From assembly GCA_964625535.1 (NCBI GenBank), contig CAZVEX010000001.1:295-64294 (forward strand): a stretch of DNA of 64,000 nt, written 5' to 3'. Made by a program: the position numbers and the translations under genes. Below are positions 44,435-54,596 of the stretch, piece by piece. This DNA comes from an uncultured Gammaproteobacteria bacterium. Lineage in GTDB: Bacteria; Patescibacteriota; Microgenomatia; Daviesbacterales; UBA10151. Position 1 is the stretch's first letter. Each line of letters starts with the position of its first letter. The notes below the pieces were generated by a model. That model had not been told where the DNA came from. It was given only the letters and a program-made list of their open reading frames with translations, and searched no databases.

Positions 44435-45987
44435 AGTATAAATTGGTTTTAATATTAATTCTTGTTTTGGGGTTTATGTTGCGAATTGTAGATACTAATA
44501 ATAATCCCCCCTCTCTTTATGGGGATGAATTGACAATCGCTCTGGATGCAAATTCCATTTTGCATACCGGAAAAGATCAGTTAGGTAATTTATTTCCACT
44601 GACATTTTCTATGGGAGCAGGTAGACCGGCCGGATATGTCTACGGTTCTATCCCGTTTGTGGCTTTGTTTGGGCCTAATGCTTTAGGGGTGAGAATGTTG
44701 TCAATTTTGTCCGGAATGGGCATTATATTTTTACTTTATCTGCTGGGTAAAAGATTTTTTTCGCCAAAAGTGGGTCTTGCAGCTGCATTTATTACTGCCG
44801 TTTCACCTTGGGATATATCGCTGTCGCGGGGAGGATTTGAAGCTCATTTCGCCCTATTTCTGGCCCTGGCGGGCTTATATTTTTTTATTGGAGCCAAAGA
44901 AAAAGGTATATTTTATGCGCTTTCGTTTTTGAGTTTTGGATTAACTTTCCACACTTATCCCACATATAAAATCAGCTTAGCTTTATTTCTGCCACTGCTT
45001 CTTTGGTATCAAGGCGGCGGGCATAAAAAGTATTTTCTTGTCGGGGTAGCTATCTTTTTCCTGTTAGGCATTTTAGCCCTCAGTCAAACTTTCATTGGAG
45101 GTTCTGAAGATAGATTTTCCGAGATCAATATTTTTTCTCAAGAAAAATTAAAAGAACAAATCATCCAAAAGATTAATTTTGAAAGAACTATTACCGGCTT
45201 ACCGGATAATTTGGCGCCGTATTTCCACAATAAGCCGGTGGAATATGCAAAAATTCTGATAGAAAATTATCTGCAGAATTTTTCCTTGGATTTTTTGGTT
45301 TTACATGGAGACAGAAACCCGCGCCACAATATGGCCACTATGGGAGAAATTTATTTGGCAGAGATGATCTTAATATTCTTTGGTATTTTAACTCTCTGGC
45401 AAAAAAACAGAAAAATACTTTTATTTTTTCTTTTTTGGTTAATGATTGCCCCTGTGCCAACAGCAATAATAGATGTGCCTCATGCGCTGCGAAGTTCTTT
45501 TATGCTGCCTCCTTTGTTGATTATTTCCGCTCTAGGGTTGCATTCTTTAATAAATAAAAAAAAGAAGATGTTTGTTGCAGGATTATTTATTATTTTTTTA
45601 ATTCAATTTGCATTTTTTGTCCAAAAATTATTTTTTCTCGCTCCCAACGAATACAGTCGATTTTGGTCTTACTCTGCCAAAAAAGCAGCAGAGGTAGCTT
45701 TGGAAAATAAAGAAAAGTATGATTTTATAATCCTTTCCGACAGCATTGATAATATTGAATTTGCCTATCCTGTTTATGCCACACTCGATCCGGCCCTTAT
45801 CATTTCACAAAATCAAAAAAGGAGTAAACTGAGGGGTTTTATGTTCAAAAAGTTTGAAAATGTATATATCGGGTATATGCCGGAGGCACAAGCTGAAGTG
45901 TTTTTACAAAGCCTTGAGGGTTCAGCTCTATATATAGGCTCCGGCCCCGATCAGAAAAAAAACGCTATTTTACTTCACCAGCGTTAG
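44431..45987 (+). CDS. GT39/PMT-like GT-C membrane glycosyltransferase
   Basis: SLYGDELTIALDANSILHTGKDQLGNLFPLTF in loop 1 carries the DE motif. It is related to ORFs 49893, 52947, 54593 and 55995. Confidence 0.65.
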   Translation: MKYKLVLILILVLGFMLRIVDTNNNPPSLYGDELTIALDANSILHTGKDQLGNLFPLTFSMGAGRPAGYVYGSIPFVALFGPNALGVRMLSILSGMGIIFLLYLLGKRFFSPKVGLAAAFITAVSPWDISLSRGGFEAHFALFLALAGLYFFIGAKEKGIFYALSFLSFGLTFHTYPTYKISLALFLPLLLWYQGGGHKKYFLVGVAIFFLLGILALSQTFIGGSEDRFSEINIFSQEKLKEQIIQKINFERTITGLPDNLAPYFHNKPVEYAKILIENYLQNFSLDFLVLHGDRNPRHNMATMGEIYLAEMILIFFGILTLWQKNRKILLFFLFWLMIAPVPTAIIDVPHALRSSFMLPPLLIISALGLHSLINKKKKMFVAGLFIIFLIQFAFFVQKLFFLAPNEYSRFWSYSAKKAAEVALENKEKYDFIILSDSIDNIEFAYPVYATLDPALIISQNQKRSKLRGFMFKKFENVYIGYMPEAQAEVFLQSLEGSALYIGSGPDQKKNAILLHQR

Positions 45988-46004
45988 TTGATAAGATTTA
46001 CACT

Positions 46005-46898
46005 ATGGTTCAAAAAATTTCAGCCGTAATAAATACCTTCAACGAGGAAGCAAATATCAAAAGAGCTATAGAATCTGTAAAATGGGCAGATGAAATAATA
46101 GTTTGCGATATGCACTCCAGTGATCAAACGGTTAAAGTAGCCAAAAAGTTTGGAGCGAAAATAGCTTATCATAAGAAAGAAGAGTATGTGGAGCTCGCTA
46201 GGAATTTTGCCATTTCCAAGGCTATATCCGACTGGATATTAGTTGTTGATCCGGACGAGGAGGTGCCGCAAAGTTTAGCCGTGAGATTAGTGGAAATCTC
46301 CCGGAAGATGAAGAGAATAGATTATGTCAGGTTGCCGAGAAAAAATACCATCTTCGGAAAATGGATGAAGGCCTCAATGTGGTGGCCGGATTACAATATC
46401 AGGTTTTTTAGAAAGGGGAAGGTTGCCTGGACTAATAAAATTCACCGGCCGCCCGAAGCGAGAGGTGCGGGGTTGGATCTTCCGGAAGATGAAAAGTGGG
46501 CAATTGTCCACCATCATTACGAGAGTGTCTCGCAATTCCTGCAGCGGATGGACAGATACACCAAGATTCAATCAATGGAGTTAAAAAAAGAAGGCTATAA
46601 ATTTAGCTGGCAAGATTTAATCAGTAAGCCGCTGCGAGAATTTTTAAGCAGGTTTTTTGCCAATAGAGGGTATGAAGACGGATTGCACGGTTTGGCCCTT
46701 TCTCTGCTACAAGCCTTTTCTTTTCTGGCAGTTTATTTAAAAGTATGGGAAATGGATAAGTTTAAGGAACAAGAACTTAAGCTGGAGGAGTTGGAACTAA
46801 TCAAAAAACAAGCAGGAGAGGAGTTAAACTATTGGTTTAACAAATCAGAGGCGCGGGGAAATCTATTTAAAACTTTTTTTAAAAAATTTAAAACCTAA
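46005..46898 (+). CDS. GT2 glycosyltransferase (WaaE/KdtX-like family)
   Basis: ISAVINTFNEEANI...LVVDPDEE is present. It is a paralog of 46900 and 57529. Confidence 0.7.
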   Translation: MVQKISAVINTFNEEANIKRAIESVKWADEIIVCDMHSSDQTVKVAKKFGAKIAYHKKEEYVELARNFAISKAISDWILVVDPDEEVPQSLAVRLVEISRKMKRIDYVRLPRKNTIFGKWMKASMWWPDYNIRFFRKGKVAWTNKIHRPPEARGAGLDLPEDEKWAIVHHHYESVSQFLQRMDRYTKIQSMELKKEGYKFSWQDLISKPLREFLSRFFANRGYEDGLHGLALSLLQAFSFLAVYLKVWEMDKFKEQELKLEELELIKKQAGEELNYWFNKSEARGNLFKTFFKKFKT

Positions 46899-46899
46899 T

Positions 46900-47706
46900 A
46901 TGTTAAGCGTGGTGATTATTGCCAAAAATGAGGAAAAAAGAATTACGGCCTGTCTGGAGTCGGTCAAATGGGCGGATGAAATTATAGTTTTGGATAATGG
47001 ATCGCAAGATAAAACTTTAGAGATTGTCAAAGAGTATACGGATAAGATATTTAAATTTAACGAAGAAGACTTTGCCAAACTGCGAAACAAAGGCATGGAG
47101 CAGGCAAAAGGGGAGTGGGTATTGTATTTAGATGCCGACGAGAGGGTATTGGATGATTTGAGGAAAGAGATAGAGGCCAAAATAACTTTTTCCGATTTTG
47201 GAGCATTTGCCATTTCCAGAAAAAATATTATTTTTGGAAAAGAGGTAAACTTTGGTCCTTATAAAAAAGATTGGGTGATCAGATTACTGCGAAAAAAAAG
47301 TTTTGAAGTTTGGGTGGGCAAGATACATGAGTACCCGAAATTTAATGGTGAGTTGGGCTATTCCAAAAACTTTCTTCTTCATTTAACCCACCGCGATGTT
47401 GATCAAATAGTTTTAAAAAGTTTGGAGTGGTCAAAAATTGATGCCAGGCTTCGCCTGGAAGCGCACCATCCCCCTATGAACGCGTTAAGATTTTTGAGAA
47501 TTCTAATAACAGAACTTTTCAATCAAGGAATTAAAAGAAAAGGTTTTTTTAACGGCACTATTGGAGTGATGGATTCTATTTTGCAGACATTTAGTCTGTT
47601 TATAACTTATGTCAGAGTATGGCAACTGCAGCAGCCAAAAACTCCGGATAGTATTTACGATGATACAGACAGAGAGCTGATTGAAAATAGATTTAACTAC
47701 AAATGA
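46900..47706 (+). CDS. GT2 glycosyltransferase (WaaE-like), tandem paralog
   Basis: LSVVIIAKNEEKRI...YLDADER is present. It has the same architecture as 46005. Confidence 0.7.
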   Translation: MLSVVIIAKNEEKRITACLESVKWADEIIVLDNGSQDKTLEIVKEYTDKIFKFNEEDFAKLRNKGMEQAKGEWVLYLDADERVLDDLRKEIEAKITFSDFGAFAISRKNIIFGKEVNFGPYKKDWVIRLLRKKSFEVWVGKIHEYPKFNGELGYSKNFLLHLTHRDVDQIVLKSLEWSKIDARLRLEAHHPPMNALRFLRILITELFNQGIKRKGFFNGTIGVMDSILQTFSLFITYVRVWQLQQPKTPDSIYDDTDRELIENRFNYK

Positions 47707-48782
47707 AAATTGCCATTTATTCACCTTACTTAGATACCTTTGGGGGAGGAGAAAGATACATTGCCACCATTGCCGAAGTTTTATCTTCTGACCAGGATGT
47801 TGATTTGCTATTAGATAAACATTTAATCAAAATAGGGTCAGATTATTTAAAATCAAATCTTTCCCAAAGATTTAATTTAAATTTGGAAAAAGTAAAAATG
47901 GTTGGTTCTCCTATGGGGGAAGGTTACAATTTTTTTTCCAGATTCTTCTTTCTTAGAAAATATGATTTTTTATTTTACTTGACAGACGGCAGTATATTTT
48001 ATCCCACAGCCAGGAAGAATATTCTTCACATTCAGTCACCAATTGAGGGACAGCCTGTCAAAAGTCTCTGGGGGAAAATAAAATTAAAAAAATGGGATTT
48101 AATAATTTATAATTCTAGGTTTACTAAAGATCATTCTGTCGCTCGCTGGCCTCTGTTTTCCAAAGTGATTTACCCGCCGGTTGACACGGAAGCAATCAAA
48201 CCGCTCAAGAAGAAAAAATATATACTGTCAGTTGGTCGCTTCTTCGGATATTTAAAAGATAAAAAACATGAACTGATGATAAAAGCTTTTGACAGACTTA
48301 AGCAAAATCTCAAAAGCCTTGGTTGGAGTTTACACTTGGCCGGATCTGCCAAAGAAGGAGATCAGGATTATTTAAAAAGCTTAAAAAATATGGCAAAGGA
48401 TTTACCGGTGAACTTTTATCCAAATCTATCGTTTGATCAGCTAGTTAAGCTTTATGGTTTCTCATCCATATACTGGCACGCGGCGGGGTATGGCGAAGAG
48501 GAAGCTACCAAAATGGAGCATTTTGGGATCTCCGTTGCCGAGGCCATGGCAGGAGGTTGCGTACCGGTGGTTATTGGCAAAGGAGGTTTAATTGAGATTG
48601 TTGATAATGGCGTAAATGGTTTTTTGTGGGATGACCCTTTGGATTTAGAAAGCAAAACTTTACAGCTAATGAGAGAGAAAATTTTATTGAATAAAATGTC
48701 AAGGGAAGCTGTCAAAAAAGCAGGTCATTTTAGCAAAGAAATCTTTGAGAAAAATATCAAAAGTGCGGTTAAAACCTTATGA
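47703..48782 (+). CDS. GT4-family (GT-B) glycosyltransferase
   Basis: EHFGISVAEAMAGGCVPV is the E-x7-E motif region of retaining GT4 enzymes. Confidence 0.7.
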   Translation: MKIAIYSPYLDTFGGGERYIATIAEVLSSDQDVDLLLDKHLIKIGSDYLKSNLSQRFNLNLEKVKMVGSPMGEGYNFFSRFFFLRKYDFLFYLTDGSIFYPTARKNILHIQSPIEGQPVKSLWGKIKLKKWDLIIYNSRFTKDHSVARWPLFSKVIYPPVDTEAIKPLKKKKYILSVGRFFGYLKDKKHELMIKAFDRLKQNLKSLGWSLHLAGSAKEGDQDYLKSLKNMAKDLPVNFYPNLSFDQLVKLYGFSSIYWHAAGYGEEEATKMEHFGISVAEAMAGGCVPVVIGKGGLIEIVDNGVNGFLWDDPLDLESKTLQLMREKILLNKMSREAVKKAGHFSKEIFEKNIKSAVKTL

Positions 48783-49900
48783 ACAAAATTTTAATTATTA
48801 TTTTGGTGGGGATATTTTTAAGAGTTTTATTAGCTTTTTCCACATTCCATCCTGATCTTTTGGCCTTTCATTTGGGCGGTAAGCTAGTGGGGGAGGGGAA
48901 CATCTTAAATTTATATGATTACTCCTCTAATGTGGCTACCCTCAATTATCCACCGTTAATTTATTGGTTTTTTGGTTTATTTAATTTTTTATCAATCTGG
49001 GGGATATGGTTACTGAAACTCCCCTATCTGATTTTTGATTTATTTTTAGGGTTGCTGTTATTCCGACTGGTTGAAGAAAAAAAGAAGGTATTGACCTTGG
49101 GATTGTGGATGTTTAATCCGGTCAGTCTTTATGCTACTTACATGATGGGTCAGTTTGATATTATCCCCGCATTTTTTACCGTATTTTCTTTTTATCTGGT
49201 GGCAAAAAATAGGCTCAAATGGGCTGCTTTTGTCTTAGGGTTCGGAGTTGCTTTTAAGCTTTATCCCGTATTTCTTCTTATTCCTCTTGTCATACTGGGC
49301 AAAACTTATTGGGAGAAATTCAAGCTCGCCGTTTTGGCGCTACTGCCTTATGCATTGTCAATTTTACCCTATATACAATCCCCCGGTTTTCGCCAAACTG
49401 CTCTTTTTGCCAATCAAAGCTCAAAAAGTCTTTACGCCGGAATCCCCGTATCAGGCGGTGAATCTATCCTTTTATTTCCCGCATCCTTAGTGCTTTTTTA
49501 TTTGTTGATCTGGAAAAAGAGCCTGGATAAAGTATCTTTTTGGAAGATTTACTTAATCCCCCTACTGCTATTTTTTATTTTTACTCACTATCATCCACAA
49601 TGGTTAATCTGGGTGAGCCCATTTTTGATTTTGGATTTAAGCCTTGAAAGATTTAAAAATTTATTACCTATTTTATTAATTGGTCTAAGTTGGTTTGGTT
49701 CGCTTTTCCTTTTTGATCCCTCCCTAACCGTTGGATTGTTTGCTCCCCTTTTCCCCGTTCTAGCGAATACTTCTGATATCTGGTTCTTGTTAAATGTAAA
49801 TGTAGATTATAATTTTTCAAGAAGCATTATACAAACTGTATTTGCATCCAGCGCTTTCTATTTAATATTTAGAAACTTTCCACGAAAAATAAATGTCTAA
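48779..49900 (+). CDS. polytopic membrane protein, GT-C-like (DUF2029/GT87-like?)
   Basis: 373 aa with ~11 TM helices. It has no soluble domain and no clear motif. Confidence 0.4.
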   Translation: MNKILIIILVGIFLRVLLAFSTFHPDLLAFHLGGKLVGEGNILNLYDYSSNVATLNYPPLIYWFFGLFNFLSIWGIWLLKLPYLIFDLFLGLLLFRLVEEKKKVLTLGLWMFNPVSLYATYMMGQFDIIPAFFTVFSFYLVAKNRLKWAAFVLGFGVAFKLYPVFLLIPLVILGKTYWEKFKLAVLALLPYALSILPYIQSPGFRQTALFANQSSKSLYAGIPVSGGESILLFPASLVLFYLLIWKKSLDKVSFWKIYLIPLLLFFIFTHYHPQWLIWVSPFLILDLSLERFKNLLPILLIGLSWFGSLFLFDPSLTVGLFAPLFPVLANTSDIWFLLNVNVDYNFSRSIIQTVFASSAFYLIFRNFPRKINV

Positions 49901-51386
49901 AAAACTTACTGTTGCTTTTTTTATCATTACTTCTTTTTGGTTTTTATTTACTTTTAAATTGACAGATGTCCCGCCCGGGATCAATGGAGACGAGGCAAAC
50001 ATCGGCCTAAACAGCGTCTTGATTGCCCAAACAGGCAAAGATGCCAGAGGTAGCGTCCTGCCGCTTTTTTCGTCAGTCCCGGATTCCTTTGACTGGAAAC
50101 AGCCGGTAACTGTTTATGCTACAGCCGTAGCTTTTAAAATATTTGGATCGTCTTACTTTGTATTGCGCTCAATTAGTGTCTTTTTTGCGCTTCTATCTGC
50201 ATTAACCCTTTTTTTATTAATAAATCAAATAAAGGGATTTAAGTTAGCCTTGGCGGGTTTACTTATTTTCGCAACCACCCCCATCATTATGATTCAATCT
50301 CATTTGGCTTTGGAAAACATTGCGCCGGTTCCCTTTATCTGCCTTTGGCTTTTAATGCTTTATAAATACCATATCAGCCAAAAAAGAAAATACCTCATAT
50401 TTTCAGCTGCCAGTTTGGGTTTGGCTCTTTTTTCATATCTTGGCTTAAGATTAATTACTCCTACCCTAGTGCTTGCTACACTATTGTTTTTATACTTTAG
50501 TAGCCGTAAACAGAAAACAAAGTTGGTTTTAAAGAAGTTGTTAATATTTATAGTAGCCCTTTTACCTTTTTTTATCTTGTTACTTTTGGCCAGAAGCCAA
50601 TATCCCGGGGTGATCTTGGGACTTTTCAGGCCGTATAATCTTTCCTCGTATCAAGATGTTTTCCTGCCTTATATTTCTTCTTTTGATCCATCATTCTTAT
50701 TCATAACCGGTGATGTGACGCCGTATCATTCAACCGGCAAGCATGGAGTATTTTTATTAGCATCTCTGCCGCTATTCGTATTAGGAATCATAAGAATTAT
50801 TCAAAAGAGAGATCTATTTTTAAGTTTTGTTTTAGTATCCTTTTTCTTAGTTCCTTTATTTTTCGGTTTAGGATCAACTATTCATAGGGGAAGTAGGTTA
50901 TTGAGCTTGGTGCCGCTTTTTGTGGTAGTGGCCACAATAGGTTTTGAATATATTCTGGCTTTCAAAAATATGCTCCTTAAAACTTTTTCGATATTGCTTG
51001 TAATTTTTCTGATTATATTAAATTATGGAGATTTCTTAAATGATTATTGGTATCATTATCCCCAACGGGTAAAACAGGAATTTGCTGCGCCTGTGCATAA
51101 AGCTTTTGAGTCATTAAAGCAGCTTTCAGATGAGAATAATTTACAACCGTTTATTCAGAATGATTTGCCTTTACAAAACCCCCTTGCCTTCTCTTTTTTC
51201 GAACAAGCATATTTTCCCAATCAATTGGAAAGATGGAAAAATGCCGCTTTAGCTAAAAATGGCATAATAATCCTGGTTGACTCCGCAGGCCTAGCTTCTT
51301 TGGATCCCTCAAGAATAATGGTGGAAAAAATTGCAGGAACGGATTATGCTTTAGTTACAAATAAATATTCGGATGAAAAAAATTAA
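49893..51386 (+). CDS. GT39/PMT-like GT-C membrane glycosyltransferase
   Basis: GINGDEANIGLNSVLIAQTGKDARGSVLPLF in loop 1 carries the DE motif. Confidence 0.6.
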   Translation: MSKKLTVAFFIITSFWFLFTFKLTDVPPGINGDEANIGLNSVLIAQTGKDARGSVLPLFSSVPDSFDWKQPVTVYATAVAFKIFGSSYFVLRSISVFFALLSALTLFLLINQIKGFKLALAGLLIFATTPIIMIQSHLALENIAPVPFICLWLLMLYKYHISQKRKYLIFSAASLGLALFSYLGLRLITPTLVLATLLFLYFSSRKQKTKLVLKKLLIFIVALLPFFILLLLARSQYPGVILGLFRPYNLSSYQDVFLPYISSFDPSFLFITGDVTPYHSTGKHGVFLLASLPLFVLGIIRIIQKRDLFLSFVLVSFFLVPLFFGLGSTIHRGSRLLSLVPLFVVVATIGFEYILAFKNMLLKTFSILLVIFLIILNYGDFLNDYWYHYPQRVKQEFAAPVHKAFESLKQLSDENNLQPFIQNDLPLQNPLAFSFFEQAYFPNQLERWKNAALAKNGIIILVDSAGLASLDPSRIMVEKIAGTDYALVTNKYSDEKN

Positions 51387-52824
51387 GATAAATTACTTTA
51401 AGACTTTTGTTTTCCTGTTGATTTTAATATTTACTTTTATCTTAAGGACGCATAACTTTGATAAAACTCCCCCACTGGGGCATTTGGAAGAAATGTTATA
51501 TGCCTGGTCTGGCCTTTATCTTGTAGAAACAGGCACTCCCGTATCCTGGTCAACTTTAGATTATCCTCAAAGGGCTGAAGTTTTTAAAGGGAAGGTGAAT
51601 TTTCAGGGAGGCCCGCCGGATGCTTATGTGAAACTATACAAACCCTGGTTAGACGAACCGCCGCTTTTCTCTTTGCTGGTAGGATGGGTAGCTCATTTAA
51701 ATCATGCCGATAGAGGTAGCATTATCCATTCGGCGTACATCAGGATCCCTTCGATTTTTATGGCAGTTTTGACCACAGTGATGATTTTTTTGGTAGCTCG
51801 CCTAGTTGCAGGTTATTGGACAGGGATTTTATCCATGATTGTATATGGAACCACTCCCATTGCGGTGTTTGCCTCCAGAATGGCTTTACCGGAAAATTTG
51901 ATTGCCCTGATCCTCATCACGATAGTTTATCTGTTAATCAAATTTGATGTTAAACCAAGATTGGTTTTACTGCTGCCACTACCTTTGTTAATAGGTCTGG
52001 CGGGTTTATCCAAACCGACCGGATTTTTGCTGCTGCCTTTGGCGGCGTATTTTGCTTTTATAAAAAAATACTATAAAGCTTGTATATATCTTGTTTTGAT
52101 AACTCTTTTGTTTGTTGGCGCTTATTTTGGCTACGGCATATATTACGACGCGGAAATCTTCTGGAAAATTTTCAATATTCAATCCTTTAGACCGGTGGGA
52201 TTTAGCGCCCTGGGATTTTTCTTTACCAGCCCTTCTTATGACATATATACTTTACAATTTGTGGATGGTTGGTACATATTCAGTTTGCTGTCGGCTTTTT
52301 ATTTTCTGTTTGTTAACAGAAACAGGCGAGAGTGGATTGTCAGCTTTGCATTTGTTTTTTGGTTAGTGATTGTGCTTTTGACCGGGGGAGAAGGGGATCT
52401 TTTGCCCTGGTATAGATTTCCCATGTTTCCTTTGCTTGCTATTTTGGGGGCTTTGGGTTTGAAGATTTTAGTAGAGAAAGCAAATTTTGCCACCACAGTT
52501 TTAGCTGCCGGTTTACTGCTGGGAAGCCGCCATTTGGTTGTTAACGCTTTTAGACCTAATATTTCTCCCACCAATTTTAGGATAGTTTTCGCTTCTTTAG
52601 TACTGCCGTCGGTATTTTATTCTATCTATAAAAAAGGATGGTTAAAACAAATTTGTAAAATCATCATTATAGGAATAATAATTACGGGCGCATATTTGAA
52701 TACCAGATTTATTTATAATGAGTTTGAGATAAGATGCGAAGGCGCGGAGTGTCCATTTGGTCCGCCCACTTCTCTTTCATCGATACATTTTCCCTTCATT
52801 TGGCGCTGGATCTCTATTAGATGA
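51373..52824 (+). CDS. GT-C membrane glycosyltransferase (ArnT-like)
   Basis: YKPWLDEPPLFSLLVGW in loop 1 carries a DE motif. It has 12+ TM helices, and the C-terminus has a Cys pair EIRCEGAECPFGPP. Confidence 0.55.
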   Translation: MKKIKINYFKTFVFLLILIFTFILRTHNFDKTPPLGHLEEMLYAWSGLYLVETGTPVSWSTLDYPQRAEVFKGKVNFQGGPPDAYVKLYKPWLDEPPLFSLLVGWVAHLNHADRGSIIHSAYIRIPSIFMAVLTTVMIFLVARLVAGYWTGILSMIVYGTTPIAVFASRMALPENLIALILITIVYLLIKFDVKPRLVLLLPLPLLIGLAGLSKPTGFLLLPLAAYFAFIKKYYKACIYLVLITLLFVGAYFGYGIYYDAEIFWKIFNIQSFRPVGFSALGFFFTSPSYDIYTLQFVDGWYIFSLLSAFYFLFVNRNRREWIVSFAFVFWLVIVLLTGGEGDLLPWYRFPMFPLLAILGALGLKILVEKANFATTVLAAGLLLGSRHLVVNAFRPNISPTNFRIVFASLVLPSVFYSIYKKGWLKQICKIIIIGIIITGAYLNTRFIYNEFEIRCEGAECPFGPPTSLSSIHFPFIWRWISIR

Positions 52825-52887
52825 AAGCAAACAGGTATTGGTTAATTATTCTAGGATCAAGAAAAGATTATCAAAACTTTTTACTTT

Positions 52888-52941
52888 TATAATCGCACTC
52901 CGGCATATTATGCCATTGGGCTTTAGGTTATGTTAACATAA
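52888..52941 (+). promoter_or_regulatory. promoter/operator region for the GT39 triplet: -10 TATAAT (52888-52893), then a 13-bp palindrome GGCATA-T-TATGCC (52902-52914) at about +1 to +20, and a 14-bp palindrome TTATGTTAACATAA (52928-52941) just before the start codon
   Basis: Both palindromes are perfect and verified base by base. This is the largest intergenic region in the island (119 bp). Confidence 0.5.
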
Positions 52942-52946
52942 AATTG

Positions 52947-54596
52947 ATGAGCAAAGTTATCTTCACGCTTGCATTAATAACACTCCTGGCCTTTGTCCTA
53001 AGGTTTTATAAAGTAACGGAAATACCACCTTCTCTAAATTGGGATGAAGTTTCAATCGGATATAATGCCTATTCCATCTTAAAGACTGGTAAAGACGAAT
53101 GGGGAAAATTTCTGCCGGTTCATTTTAAATCTTACGGAGAATATAAATTGCCCGGACAGGTCTATTTAGCCGTCCCCGGGATTGCCATTTTTGGATTAAA
53201 TGAGTTGGGAGTGCGGATTACGCCGGTAGTTTATGGCACTCTGACAGTCTTGGTGATGTTTTTTTTGGGAAGAATAATATTCAGAAGCCACTTAGCCGGG
53301 TTAATATCTTCTTTTCTGCTGGCTATTTCCCTCTGGCATATCCAACTGACAAGAGCATCTTTTGAATCATCCTTGGCCACATTATTTATTTCTGTGGGGA
53401 TGTGGTTTTTAGTAAAAGGATTTAAAGATGCTCGATGGTTAGTTGTATCTATGATACCGTTTGCTCTTTCTGTATTTACTTACAATTCTGCCCGGATTTT
53501 TACTCCGATGTTTTTAGTGGCCATACTTTTTATCTATTGGAAAAAATTAATTAAGTTTAAGAAATTTATCGTACCTTCACTCATTATTTTTGTAGCTTTA
53601 TTAACTCCGCTTACTCCTTATTTTTTTTCCGGAGAGAGAAGTGCCAGATATAAATTGGTCAGTATCACCGATGATCCCGGTTTGATCCCGAGAATTAATG
53701 AGAATAGAGGCCGATCGACCTTACCCAAACCATTGCCAAGACTTATACATAATAAAGTTACATATATTAGTTTTTATTTTGCGCGAAACTATCTGGCTCA
53801 TTTTACTCCCCAGTTTTTATTTTTATCAGGCGCCCCTCACAAGCAACATCATGTGCAAAATATGGGAGAGTTGTATTTATTCCAGGCGCCATTTTTATTG
53901 ATTGGTTTGTGGGGCCTGTTTAAGTTTAAACATAAATTTAAAGGTCTGCTTTTTTCCTGGGTTTTGTTGGCCTTTGTGCCGGTTTCCGCAACAGGGGACA
54001 GCATCCCGCATGCCTTAAGAACTTTGATTGCCGCTCCTTTTTATCAATTGGTTTCAGCCTTCGGATTTTTAATAGGGTGGAATTGGTTGAAGAAATACGG
54101 AGTTAAAATCAAGGTATTTTCTGCAATTTTTTTGGCGGTAGTGATTATTGTCAGTCTTAGGTTTTATTTAAATCAGTATTACAATATCTACCCTGATAAA
54201 TACTCAAGAGATTGGCAGTATGGGTATAAACAGGTTGTTGAATATATCAAAGAGCACAAGGATGAGTATGACTTGATAGTTTTTACCCGCCATTACGGCG
54301 AACCGCACATGTTTACCTTATTTTATTCTCAATATGATCCTGATAAGTATCAAAATGATCTCAATTTAGTCAGGTTTGAGACATATGACTGGGTGAGAGT
54401 CTTAAATTTTGACAAATTCTACTTTCCGGATTTGGGGGATAAAGGAACGCAGCAAAAAGATATTTTGGAAAAGTATAAAGATAAAAAAATACTGTTAATT
54501 GGTAAACCAGGCGATTTTCCTTACGGCGGCAGATCTCTTTTGACTGTCAATTTCCTGGACGGCAGCCCTGCATTTTTGATAGTAGACAATAAATGA
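52947..54596 (+). CDS. GT39/PMT-like GT-C membrane glycosyltransferase (tandem copy 1)
   Basis: SLNWDEVSIGYNAYSILKTGKDEWGKFLPVHFKSYGEYKLPGQVY is present. The ATG at 52947 is preferred to the TTG at 52944. Confidence 0.65.
   Translation: MSKVIFTLALITLLAFVLRFYKVTEIPPSLNWDEVSIGYNAYSILKTGKDEWGKFLPVHFKSYGEYKLPGQVYLAVPGIAIFGLNELGVRITPVVYGTLTVLVMFFLGRIIFRSHLAGLISSFLLAISLWHIQLTRASFESSLATLFISVGMWFLVKGFKDARWLVVSMIPFALSVFTYNSARIFTPMFLVAILFIYWKKLIKFKKFIVPSLIIFVALLTPLTPYFFSGERSARYKLVSITDDPGLIPRINENRGRSTLPKPLPRLIHNKVTYISFYFARNYLAHFTPQFLFLSGAPHKQHHVQNMGELYLFQAPFLLIGLWGLFKFKHKFKGLLFSWVLLAFVPVSATGDSIPHALRTLIAAPFYQLVSAFGFLIGWNWLKKYGVKIKVFSAIFLAVVIIVSLRFYLNQYYNIYPDKYSRDWQYGYKQVVEYIKEHKDEYDLIVFTRHYGEPHMFTLFYSQYDPDKYQNDLNLVRFETYDWVRVLNFDKFYFPDLGDKGTQQKDILEKYKDKKILLIGKPGDFPYGGRSLLTVNFLDGSPAFLIVDNK

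Noticed and set aside
52825-52946. The palindromes were considered as a rho-independent terminator for the upstream GT-C gene.
   Set aside because: The stems are only 6-7 bp with 0-1-nt loops, and neither is followed by a U-tract. Their placement relative to a TATAAT fits operator or leader elements better.
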